Of a stretch of DNA of 64,000 nt, positions 38,079-49,906 are shown one piece after another. The stretch is from positions 21,638,001 to 21,702,000 of the forward strand of contig OZ024746.1 in assembly GCA_964016885.1 (NCBI GenBank). Direction: 5' to 3'. The notes under the pieces were generated by a model. The model saw nothing but the letters and a program-made list of their open reading frames with translations, searched no databases and was not told the DNA's origin. Source of the DNA: Eledone cirrhosa. Taxonomy: Eukaryota. The translations under genes and the position numbers were made by a program. Each line of letters begins with the position of its first letter. Position 1 is the first letter of the stretch.

Positions 38079-39192
38079 TTCTACAGCAACAAGAATGTAA
38101 CTGTTCCTAAGAGAAGAAACTAGGTGGCCACTAAAGACTAGAATAAAAGTATATTTGAAACCTTTTATAACCCCTTCATTAATATATTTCTAATGAAAGA
38201 CATTGCTGAAGATTTTCAAACATTTTGTTAAGCATAATACAGGTGCTTACATAAAATTATGATAGCAGGTTTTAGAGAAATATAAAGGTTTTAAAAGAAA
38301 TAGTTTTGTATCTGAGAACCAGGGAAAATGTGTCATCAAAAGGGTTAATGAAATGTGAAACATTAAATGTAGGAATGGCTGACAAAAGAAATGAAAATAT
38401 ATACCATATATATATATGGAATGAATTTCTATTGCTGATAAACTATAACTCTATATGTATAGATTCAGGATTAAGACTTCAGCAAATGAACCAATCAAAA
38501 CATAAAATAGATATATACTGTCAAAATGGAGTTGTCAGCCAGGATATGAATTATCAATACTTTGTCCACAGACCCAAAATGCTCTTGTGTTGATCATCAG
38601 CTATGTATATTCCAATAGTTGGTAGATGTAAGAGATATAATTAGATAGTAATTGATACATGGTTGATGTGACTGTTTGATTTGTGCTTGATAAAGGAGTT
38701 CAATGAGCTGTAGGGGGATACCTTTTGAAGAATTAAAGTAAATCTGTCAAAGGAAGAATTTATTAGGGATTTTAAATTAGGATTTACATTGACTTTACAT
38801 GTAGAAGAATGCAAACAGAAATTGAATGGCTAGTACTGTTCAAAGCCAAGCCAAAGATATCTCAGAATAGGATGAGTTGCTTTAAATAGTTTATCTTTCT
38901 GTAGACAAAGTGGTTAGTAGTAATCACCTTAAAAGCATTAATTATATCAAAGAACATTCCATATACACTATACTAAAGTTGGTGTTTATACAATATGGTG
39001 TTTGAATCCATTAATCACCTTCAGAGATATAGTGGAAACTTGTTAGGTTATATATTATATATTATCACCATATTTACATTATCAGTACTGTGTGCCTTCC
39101 TACATGTTTGATTATATATATGTATATATGTATGTATATATATATATACATATATATGTGCACATATATAAATGCACATATACATATATATA

Positions 39193-40113
39193 TTTCGTTT
39201 CTGAATTTGTTTAGCAAGATTCTTTATCTGAAAACGTGTGTTGAAACCGATATTGTTATACTTTGGGAGGGTCATGTTGCCAATAAGAAACACACGCACC
39301 AGTTGCTTTCACTTCAATTTATTATAATAAATTTATAAATTTAGGAATTTATAAATTTCCGGTTGGTTGGTTGGTTCCACAACCAGATGGTTGTTTATAT
39401 ATTGTCAAAGTTCTTTCGTCACACATCTTGCACCTCTTCAGTGACTGGGGATTCTTTTCTTTGTTTTTGTGCCTCTCCTTTGTTCTGTCTTACGCCATCT
39501 TGTTTCTCTGTGTGTGTTGTGTGCTCAGTCTGCGCATGCGCCACATCCGGGTGTCTGTGTGTGTTTATATTCGTTTATTTATTTGTTTATTTACATGTTA
39601 CTGGTTGGTTGTTTGTTCTATGTGCGTGTGTGTTTTCATTTTTTCCTTAATTGTAAGTTGTGATGTTGCGTCTTTTAAAAGACGCAATGTTTAGACAAAT
39701 CACAGAGGCAATAAACATAAATGAACTCCAACCAAAATTAAATAGACCAATAGTAACCAACCAGTAACATGTAAATAAACAAATAAATAAACAAATATAA
39801 ACACACACAGACACCCGGATGTAACACATGCGCAAACTAAGCACACAACACAAACAAAAACAAGATGGCGTAGGACAGAACAAAGGAGAGGCACAAAAAC
39901 AAAGAAAAGAATCCACAGTCACTGAAGAGGTCACAGAATGTGTGACGAAAGAACTTTGACAATATATAAACAATCATCTGGTTGTGGAACCAACCAACCA
40001 ACCGGAAATTTATAAATTCCTAAATTTATAAATTTATTATAATAAATTGAAGTGAAAGCAACTGGTGCGTGTGTTTCTTATTGGCAACATGACCCTCCCA
40101 AAGTATAACAATA
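39193..40113. mobile_element. Penelope-like element remnant: inverted pseudo-LTRs around a GIY-YIG C-terminus (copy 1)
   Basis: Arms 39251-39610 / 39755-40113; spacer encodes KDAMFRQITEAININELQPKLNR (R..EA..I....P.LN); each arm holds a hammerhead motif; ORF start MTLPKYNNIGFNTRFQIKNLAKQIQKR runs into the one-sided tail. Confidence 0.85.
39918..39960 (+). ncRNA. Minimal type-I hammerhead ribozyme motif
   Basis: GUCA-CUGAAGA-G-GUCACA-gaaug-UGUGAC-GAAA-GAAC-UU-UGAC: stem I GUCA/UGAC, 6-bp stem II, 2-bp stem III; one extra G before stem II. Confidence 0.7.
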
Positions 40114-40295
40114 CATATATATAAATATATACATACCGTCCCACCCTTGCAAGCAGGGAAAGGTGGACATAAAATGATGATGATGATGATGATATATATA
40201 TATACACATAAACACACATATACATACATATATATACATATATACATATATGTATACACACACACTCACACATGTATATATACACATGTACTTGT

Positions 40296-40585
40296 GAAGG
40301 CAGGTAGCTCAATGCTCAAAGAGTTGAACTCACAATCATGAGGTTGTGAGATTGAGTCCTGGACCAGATGATGCATTGTGACTTTGAGCAAGACACTTCA
40401 TTTTGTGTTATTATAGTTCACTCAGCTGTTGAAATATGTTGTGACATCACTGGTGCCAAGCTGTATCAGCCTTTACCTTTCCCTTGGACAACAATAGTGG
40501 CATGAAGAGAGGTGACTGGTATGCATGGGCGACTGCTGATCTTCCAGAAACAACCTTTCCCAGACTTTCACCTTGGAGAGGAACT
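40296..40585 (+). mobile_element. SINE family B, near full length
   Basis: tRNA-like head, TTGAGCAAGACACTTCATTT core, CACTCAGCTG, tail shared with 42168-42452. Confidence 0.75.
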
Positions 40586-40779
40586 TACATGCTCTCAAAA
40601 AATTGACTTCAGATAAAAATTCCAGTGTCTTACTACTAGCATTCAAAATAACATCAAAATTTAAAATAGTGTTCACACCAATGATAAAGATGTTGAAAAG
40701 AACATAAAGAACACAAAAGTTTAAGGAAAAACAAGAAAGAACTAAAATGGAATTCCAAAATATACTACAGAGTAAATGA

Positions 40780-41225
40780 AAAGAAAAATCATTCCACAGC
40801 CAATACATTGTATGACTCAACAGAGGGGAAGTAAACTAAAGTGTGTGCCAACAATGACGAAAATGCTCCAGGCTAAAAGCAGAAACAAGAAGAACAATTA
40901 TTACTAAAAAAAGAAAAATTATGGAAAAAAGATACAAAAATATAAAAATGAAAAAATAAAAAGCATCAAGTGCCTATTCTGCAGATAATATAATGATGTG
41001 ATTGGTCACATAATTTTATAGCAACCCAGGTCTTGCCAAGTCTAAGTATATTCACAGACATGATTGAGTAACAGCTAAACATTTCAATTTGAAAATGAAA
41101 ATAAGAAGTGGTCTAAACATGTATCTATGATATTACATTGCAATAACCTAGCCAGATTCTGGGGTATGCCTGCTGGCACTGACATAGAGGTTAAGGCTAA
41201 CTGTCTAAATATAATTATCAAGGAC
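40780..41225 (+). mobile_element. Degraded R4/Dong-type LINE C-terminal fragment
   Basis: LKAETR..II....KCLFCR...IGHI....PGLAKSKYIHRHD; AN.NIIIKD near the PD motif. Confidence 0.55.
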
Positions 41226-42167
41226 TTGATTGAAGACTATACTCTTCTAGATATTTGATCTTCTCTTCTTGATCACCTACTTATTCTTGAGAGGGTCATG
41301 GGGGAAGAGTCCTCAAACACTCCTTCAAGTGGGTCCTGTCAGAAGCAACCATCTGCTTATTTCTTTTAAATATTATTTATTAAATTGATCCCTGGCAGAG
41401 AGGCTAAACTAGTCAATATTATATATAAGTATTGAATTGAGAGTTGTTACATCATCATCTAGAATGCCTTGCTAAAATCCAGTTAAGATCAACTATATAG
41501 GAAGTCCTTTTCTTCTCCCATTTATTCATGAGATGGTTATGGAGGTGCAGAGTCTTCAAACACTCTTTTTAGCAGGTCCTATCAAAAGCAACCATCTCCA
41601 AATGATCTGGTTGGATCCTCAAGCAAGACTAGCTGAGTTCATGGATGTTATCCAACCATCTTGCTCTGGTCTAGCTACCCCCTGGGTCTCCTACCAGTTG
41701 GTTTTGCCTGTATAATCTGTCCAGCAATTCTTTCCTGAGACATTCTAACTACAGGTCTGTTGTATCAGAGCTATGATCTCTCAATTTGGAAATTGAAATT
41801 AGCAGAATGAAAGGGATGAAAATGAAAGCAGTAAATATGTTTTTAAAAAAAAAAAAAAAATTAGAAAAATATGATCAAAATCATTTAAACCATGCCAGGG
41901 ATCACACACAACCTTATACACAGTTCAAAAGCAGTAGCTGCTAAGCATAGAATACATCCTACACAAATTTCTTTCAATTCAATAAGCACAACTGAAACAG
42001 AACACTCACTAATGTCATATATTCTATACAATAACCAACCAATAATATAACACAACCCACATAACTCCATGGAATTAGCCCTGTTGGTGTCCAATACTAT
42101 AATATTAACAACTCACAAAACTATTGTAATTCAAACAACATATGCTCTAAACATTGAATTCACTATG

Positions 42168-42452
42168 CTGAGGTCGTAAGTTCAATTCCTGGATCAGGTG
42201 GTGTGTTGTATCCTTTATTTCATGTTGCTCCAGTTAACTCAGCTGTAGAAATAAGTTGCAATATCACTGGTGCCAAACTGCATCAGCCTTTATCTTTCCT
42301 TTGGACAAAATTGGTGACCTGGAGAGGGAGACTTGTATGTATGGGTGACTGCTGGTCTTCCATGATATCTTTGCCTGGGCATGTGCCTTAGAGAGGTACT
42401 TTCTAAGTACAAATTTTCATGGTTATTCATGACCAAAAGAGGATCCTTGCCT
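42168..42452 (+). mobile_element. SINE family B
   Basis: AGTTCAATTCCTGG B-box, GTTGCTCCAGTTAACTCAGCTG core, tail as 40296-40585. Confidence 0.75.
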
Positions 42453-42544
42453 ACTTTTATATTCTAAACCATTCAACACTAAAACACATAACTTAAACCA
42501 CACAACACATAAAAAAACACATTAATAACATTCATAACAATATT

Positions 42545-43077
42545 TAATAGTGGTTTCTGATTTAGCACAAAACCAACAATTTTGGGGAAGGGAAAAGTCG
42601 AATAAATCAACCTCAGTGAATTACTGGTAGTTTATTTTATTGACTTTGTAAGGATTAAAGGCAAAGCTAACCATGACAGGATTTGAACTCAGAATGTAAA
42701 AGAACGTAACTATATACCACAAAGCATGTTGTCCGACACTTTATTGACACTGCCAATCTACTGCCCTAACATTTGATAATAACAACATTTATTAAAAATC
42801 AAAGTTTTTTTTTTTTTTGGGGGGGGGGGGGGGTCTTATTGTGGTGGATACCTAAATGTATTCATTAGTGAATAATAATAATATTATAATAATTGTTTCT
42901 ACGTTAGGCACAAGGCCAGCAATTATCCCAGTGCATTACTAGTACTTTATTTTATCGACCCCCATAAGGATGAAAGGCAAAGTTAACCTCGGCAGGATTT
43001 GAACTCAGACTGTAAAGGGACGTAATTCTATGCTGGAAAGCATGGTGTCCGACCCTCTACTGATACTGCCAATCCAA
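42545..43077 (-). mobile_element. Two SINE family A copies (42545-42768, 42888-43077)
   Basis: Complete tail-core-B-box-A-box reverse complements. Confidence 0.88.
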
Positions 43078-43097
43078 TTATAATAATATCATAATAT

Positions 43098-43265
43098 TAT
43101 TAACATTTGGTTTGTTTACAAGTAAACAACCTCATAAAACACCACGTGGTAGATGACGACATCATCCTTTTGTTCCAGCGGTAGCTGAGAGAAAATAATT
43201 GACAATTGACAATTGTTTGAGAGTGTTTTGAGGCTGTTTACTCGTAAACAAACCAAATATTAATA
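43098..43265. mobile_element. Small MITE-like element with ~45-bp terminal inverted repeats
   Basis: TATTAACATTTGGTTTGTTTACAAGTAAACAACCTCATAAAACAC / GTGTTTTGAGGCTGTTTACTCGTAAACAAACCAAATATTAATA, in an (AAT)-rich site. Confidence 0.7.
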
Positions 43266-43659
43266 TTATTATTATGCACTCACATATAACATTTATTAAA
43301 TTCTATTTAAAGGCTCCTAATCACATGAAAACTCAGAATTGGTATGGAGCATTCTTTGGGAAACATTGTTTTCTGCATTAGTTGAAATGCTAAAATAACC
43401 CCAGGAACATAAAGAACAAACCTCACATGGAAAATCTGATGTAGTGTTCAAACAGAGTGCTGCACACGCTTCAGAAACATAAGTGCAGTTGTTGGTGCAA
43501 CATAATGTCACATAGAACAGAACACTACATTCCCAAAATAGAATACTGCACACACCTCAGAAACATGTACATGTATCTGATGGTGGTATAGGAAGTCACA
43601 TGAAACTTTTGAACATGATAATAATAATAATAATAATAATGATAGTAGTAGTAATAGTA

Positions 43660-44855
43660 ATAATGCTTTCTTTATTAGCCACAAGGGTTTACACAAAGTA
43701 AGACATTAAGGACAGTACAAGACAATACAGGACGGTACAAATGGGCATTTCTGCATGTAAAAAAAACAAAAACAGAGGATGTAAAAAAAAAGAAACAATG
43801 AAAAATTCCCCAATAGGGGGGGGACTTCCGAGGGACATTCATGGAGAAAGCCCATTAAAAAAGCCACGCTGACCTTGACCACCAGGGCAAGTGCCCTCTC
43901 CCAGTTTTCCACCTTTAATTTACAGGCACATACTCAGAGTCGGCCCATTCACTTGGGCCATTCTTGCCTCTCTCACCCATCTTCCAACAAAATGCTGGGA
44001 AGAGAGCACTTCCATTTCTACTCTGATTTTCCTTTTCAAATGAAATTTGAAAAAGTCAATCAGGGCATCACCGAAGAGTCAAGTGCTCGTCTTCAGCCCT
44101 TTCAAATGCGTCCACCACACTATCTCTTTCACCATGGCCACCAAACAGATAAAAACTGCCTGCCCTTCCCGGCTAAAGGGAGAGGGTGGGGCAATCCTCA
44201 CAATGGACTCAGCTGATAGCCGGATCCGTCCTACACACGACAGCAGGTGTTCTACATAAACCCACAAGGTAGCAATGCTCGGACACTGGACGAGTGCATG
44301 CAGGACGGTTTCGTCGCCCTGCGTGCATCTCAGACAAGCCTAGCTGATGGCACTTCCATGCCTGTAGAGTTTATCCTGAACTGGCAAAGCTCCTCGGTAG
44401 CACTGCCAGGCCAAGGATTTCTGGAAGTTGTCCATAGGCCCCGGCTCAAAAGTTCTTCCGAAGAGATTGGCTAGTTGATTTTCGTCGACGCCTAGAGTTT
44501 CTCCAAGTACGTTGTTGCTCTTCCCCTCCACTAATCCTCTATAGAACGCCAAGGTGGAGTTTCCACCGTTCACATTGGCCGACTGGTCGAGGGCTGTGGG
44601 CGCCTGAAGACATTCCAGTCTCCAAGCGCTCCCTCTCGGTCTTCACTTGACCCAGGACTGCAGCTCCGTCAAGGAGACGAGCTGGGGAAAGACGCGTCTA
44701 GCAAACAGCGACCACACCTGATCACCGTCGAGGAACAGGTGGAGATGTCATAGCCTGAGTGCGTGTCTGCGCATTATCAGCCACGGCATGCCCAACCCTC
44801 CACGTAGCAGGTGTTGACAGCAGATGGACCGCCTGACCATCGGAGCGCGTCAAGC
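43660..44855 (-). mobile_element. Tx1/L1-clade LINE, 5'-truncated 3' end (post-RT, zf-RVT CCHC, 3' UTR)
   Basis: RGGLGMP...FQKSLAWQCYRGALPVQDKL...ACLRCTQGDETVLHALVQC...W; GC-rich; both ends in (AAT)/(TAG) repeats. Confidence 0.9.
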
Positions 44856-45625
44856 GAAAGAGCAATATAGTAATAGTAATAATAATAATGAATTCTTTAT
44901 TATTGATATATTATCATCATTATAAATCATTATCATGATTAAACCCCCCCCCCCTCCCCCATAGCAATATTATTAACCAATCCATTTCCTCAGAAATCAA
45001 GCTGTAATATTTACGGCATTGAGTACATTCCTAACTGTGGAGCTATTGTCATCACAGTTATAAGTTCTACAATTCTATTTTATTTCATTTTTATTTGTTT
45101 TATTTTGTATTATTCAGTTGTTATTTTTTTTTTTTTTTTTGTATCTAAAAGGAAATATAGTAATAAGCATACAAACTAAAATCTAATAAACAACAACAAC
45201 AACGACAATGAAGATTATGATGATGATGAGGATAATCCTGATATAGGAAATAAATAAAACGAAAGTAGTAGCCTCCAAGACATGATGGTTATGAAGAGTA
45301 ATTGATGGAATATTTGATGTGATATAGAAAGGAATTTGTAGGATGGGGGAGAACATGGTGAAAGAGAAGAAAATAAGAAACATACTAACCAAGAAGGTTG
45401 GAGAAAAAAGAAAGGAACTCACACACACATAAACTCACACAAACACATAAATACATTTTGGTTACAGGGGCTACCACTAGTGTATGGAACTTATAAACCA
45501 AGAAAGATAAGGTAGATACATTATAATTAAAAAGATAAATTAAAATGAAACAACCCACTTTTATAACTATATACGCCAAAACTACACCTGATGTACTCCT
45601 TCCATACACATGCACACATGTGTGT

Positions 45626-45733
45626 ATCATGACTCGTGCACTGTTCATTTTACTGATGTTTGTGCATTGCCCTATGTACTGTACATGCACTTTTTGATGA
45701 GTTGTGGTGCACCTGGGCACTGTACACAATATT

Positions 45734-45766
<33 letters not shown>

Positions 45767-45890
45767 CATGACTCATACACTGTTCATTTTCCTGACATTT
45801 GTACATTATTCTATGTACTATACATGCACCTTTGATGAGTTGTAGTGCACCTGAGCACTGTACACAATAATTTCATTATTATTATTATTA
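45626..45890 (+). repeat. Tandem pair of ~139-bp units, each ending in (ATT)n
   Basis: ATCATGACTC..CACTGTTCATTTT..TTTGATGAGTTGT.GTGCACCTG.GCACTGTACACAAT..TTTCATTATT twice (45626, 45765). Confidence 0.9.
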
Positions 45891-45892
45891 AT

Positions 45893-46090
45893 GGCTGTGG
45901 ATTGGCAGTATCGGTAGAGGGTCGGACGCTATGCTTTGACGCATAGAGTTACGGCCCTTGCCATTCTGAGTTCAAATCCCGCCGAGGTTAACTTTGCCTT
46001 TCATCCTTACAGGGTCGATAAAATAAAGTACCAGTAATGCACTGGGTAATTGCTGGCCTTGTGCCTAACGTAGAAACAATTATTATTATT
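45893..46090 (+). mobile_element. SINE family A, full-length young copy
   Basis: A-box TGGCAGTATCGG, B-box GAGTTCAAATCC, core CTTTGCCTTTCATCCTTACAGGGTCGATAAAATAAAGTACC (resembles the Meta/MESC SINE domain), (ATT)n tail. Confidence 0.93.
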
Positions 46091-46472
46091 TATATCACAC
46101 ACGTACAAACTCAGAGAGAAAGCTTCACCAAAATACGATTCACACTGATTTCCGGCAAAACATTCTCTCTCTGAGTTTGTACGTGTGTGATATATAGTTA
46201 TAAAGGTGGGTTGTTCCATTGTAATTTCTCTTTTTAATTATAGTGTATCTACCTCATCTTTCTTAGTTTATAAGTTCCTTACGCTAGTGGTATCCCCTAT
46301 AACTTGATAAACACACACTCTCTCTCGTATTTTCTTCTCTATATTATATTTGAAGAGCCCAGGATTCCTTTCCCTTTGAGCTCATAAATTACAGGGACTA
46401 ACACGAGTTTCTGACTCTGTTGCTTCATTTTGATATATATATATATCATCATCATCATTATCATCATCATAT

Positions 46473-46860
46473 CATCATCATCATCACCGTTTTACGTCCG
46501 TTCTTCCACGCTAGCATGGGTTAGACGGGTTGTCCTGTTGTGGGCAGTGTCTGGTCGGCTGACCATGCCTTGCTCATACAGGAACTGATTTGGCTTGATT
46601 TCTACAGCTGGATGCCCTTCCTAACACCAACCTCGTTTACAGTGAGTGCTAGGTGCTTTTCCGTGGCGCCTACACGTCCACTTTACAGTGTGGGCTGGGT
46701 GCTTTTTTGCCGTGGCACCTCCACAACCACCTTGCGGTGGGAGGTGTGGGGGCATATTGTCTATATGCTTCAGCTTGTACCCATGGGAGGTCGGGTACTC
46801 TGTATTACTGCGTGACGCCAGAGGTCACGGTTGTGTGTCATCGCCTTTGAGAGGTGTAAT
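46473..46860 (-). mobile_element. RTE family 2 3' end
   Basis: Near-identical to 54635-55015; (CAT)n tail. Confidence 0.9.
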
Positions 46861-47042
46861 ATATATGATGATGATAATGATGATGATATATATATATCAA
46901 AATGAAGCAACGGGGATGATTTCTAAAGAATGAAACAGTTCTAGTCCTGTAGAATCTCATCTATATTAAAACTTTTATACTCTGCTATGTATTGAGTACC
47001 TTACTTACTGTGGTTACCTCCGATTCAACCCAGAATAATTTA

Positions 47043-47084
<42 letters not shown>

Positions 47085-47139
47085 CTCATCATCATCAATG
47101 TTTTATGTGGTTTTCATGCTGGCATGGGTTAGACAATAT

Positions 47140-47973
47140 ATCATCATCATCATCATCATCGTTTAACGTCCATCTTCCACGCTTGCATGGGTTTGGACGG
47201 GAATTTTCCCACTTGAGGCAAGATTGGTTGTCTTGCTCGTATAGGACTGTCTGGTGGGTTTTCTACGGCTGGATGCCCTTCCTAACACCAACCACGTTTA
47301 CAGTGTGGACTGGGAGGTTTTTACCGTGTTACCTACACGGCCACATTACAGCGTGGACTCTGTGTTTTTTTTTGTTGTGACACCTACATGACCTAATTTA
47401 TTTCGGACTGGATGTTGTGGTACCAACATAACTTTACACCGAAAGGGGTGGTGTGGATGGGGTGGGGGTAGTGAGACGAGTGAGTATTTTTTTTTTTTTT
47501 TTTTTTTTTTTTTGTTAAGAGGTGCCTACTGACTGTAGGTTTCGCTTTGTACTTAGGCAAGGCGGGTCTTCTGTATTACTGTGTAGCGCCAGTAACATTG
47601 TCTTGGAGAGGTGTAAGTGTGTGAGGTCGGAATTTACAAGTCGTCCTAGGTTTTTCTGGGTCTGCCTACTCCGTGGCTACCGTCTATTTTTATTGCCCTG
47701 CACTTATTTATACAGCTGTCGTCTTTCATGCGCATCACGTGACCATACCAACGTAGTCTTCTCTCGAGTAAACAACATCTGATTGCTCTTATTCCTAATT
47801 TCTCCCTTAGTTCATTTATGCTTTGCCGTTCACGTATATTACTATTACACATCCAACGGAGTATGCAAGCTTCGTTCCTCTCCAGTCTGCATATATCCTC
47901 TGCACACAATGCCCAAGTCTCACTGCCATGTAACATTGCTGTTCGTATGCGGGCATCATACAGCCTGCCTTTC

Positions 47974-47976
<3 letters not shown>
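47140..47976 (-). mobile_element. RTE family 1 3' fragment
   Basis: MKGRLYDARIRTAMLHGSETWALC...RRLRWYGHV; 3' UTR as 27790; bounded by TA repeats. Confidence 0.93.
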
Positions 47977-48015
<39 letters not shown>

Positions 48016-48304
48016 CATCTTATACAAAATTACTGAGGGGTAGATCCCAATAATGTAATCTATATGTTATATATATTGGTGACAACTTAAGTATATTATA
48101 AATATATAATAGGTGGATTCCCGATGTATATATCAGGAGCTTACCACAGTTAAAAAAGGTACTCAAATTGTTAGTAGAGAATAGGTATCTTTATTTTATG
48201 TTATAAAAATGACTTCTACAGGGCTAGAACTATTTCATTCGTAAGAAATCATCATGATTATTTTTTATGAATGAAACAGTTCTAGTCCTGTAGAAGTAAT
48301 TTCA

Positions 48305-48503
48305 ATAATAATAATTGTTTCTACAATAGGTACAAGGCCAGCAATTATCCCAGTGTATTACTGGTGCTTTATTTTATCGACCCCCGTTAGGATGAAAGGC
48401 AAAGTTAACCTCGACGGGATTTGAACTCAGAACGGCAAGGGCCCTAACTCTATGCATCAAAGCATGGCGTCCGACCCTCTACCGATACTGCCAATTCACC
48501 GCC
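48305..48503 (-). mobile_element. SINE family A, full-length young copy
   Basis: Reverse complement of the 45893-46090 consensus. Confidence 0.92.
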
Positions 48504-49906
48504 CTAATAATGATATATATATATAAAGAGAGTGAGAAGTAGACATTTTGACTGTAACAGAGGTAGAGCAACTGAAAGAAACTGGAAAAAAGAAGAAAAT
48601 AAAAGAAGAAAGAAGTGTCAAAGAAAATTCTAGTCAAAATACTGTATCATAAAAGTGAAAGAAAATAAAGAAAATAAAAAAAGGTTGTAAAAAAAGTTAA
48701 ATAAAAAAAAATGAAGAATGAGTATGGCTTTCTGGAGATTTGGCATGCTGGTCCTGTGATGCTACATTGTTATTTATGATGGTAGCTATACCTCTTTGGC
48801 ATTTCAGTAATTTTGTATATTGGTTATTTGCTACTGAAGATCTATAGCATCTATAGCATTATAGTAGCTTTGCTATTATGTTGGTTTCCTGCTCATATAG
48901 TAAAAATGCCTTTATATATAAGTTGGTGCACAGCTTTTATTTTAATCCTTTATTCTTTAATTCTTTTACTGGTTTCGTTCATTAACCTGCAGTCATGTTG
49001 GGAAACTGACTTCTTTAGTTAATCATATCAACCCATTATTTATTTTATCAATTGCTTTTTGTCGGATTATTACGTTACAGAACATAAACAGAGACACAGA
49101 TACACACACATCTTTGCATACACATATATGAATGCATGCATACATACATACATTAATACATAACATCCCAGTTTGAAGGATATTAGTTCTAGGATATAAG
49201 ACTGTTTGTTTTGAAGTGTGTTTCTATTTATCTAAAATCTTTCCACCAAAATTTTATATCAGAACCTTGGTTGAGTTATGCTCCGAAGACCATTTTATTA
49301 ATGAGAATATTTAAATCTTTTTTAAAGTAGTGTCTTTCTTTAGAAATATGGTAACAAAGGGGGAGTGATTAATTCTAATCACAAAAGACAAGGGTGACAC
49401 CTCCAGAATCTAAATTAATGATAAATAGAATGAAATATTGCTTGCAGTAGAGCATGTGTTTGATGTATGTTATGTACAGTGGCAACTTCAAACATGCTTC
49501 AGTGTTTTTAGTTATGTCAGCCAAATAATTTGTTTTTACTGCTGTTGTTTACTCCCGTTCAACAATGAGTGATCAGATTTTCTTTATCCTTTTTATGCTT
49601 ACTTTGCTTCCTGGTGGCCTTCACTATTTTAATTTTCATATTCATTTATATCTGTCTATTTTGTGTGTGTTTTTTTTTTTTTGTTTCTCTATTGTAAGAA
49701 GTACCAGATACTTCCCCTAGTCTGTCATTGCTTAGTAGCTTTATATGGACCTTTAAATCGATTAATTAAATAAATGTAATGAAGGTTTTTTTTTAATCAT
49801 TACCATCCAGTGCTTCTCTCATTTTGTTATTATACTGAGTAAATTAAATAACTATAGGGATGTTTTCATTTTGGTCTGTGTATATTTTCAATTTGAATTT
49901 GTGCAG

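Noticed and set aside
45693-45730. TGATGAG in the tandem unit as a hammerhead core
   Set aside because: No downstream GAAA or stem II; C3 missing
45893-45985. tRNA gene (A and B boxes)
   Set aside because: No complete cloverleaf; continues into a SINE core and ATT tail present in many copies
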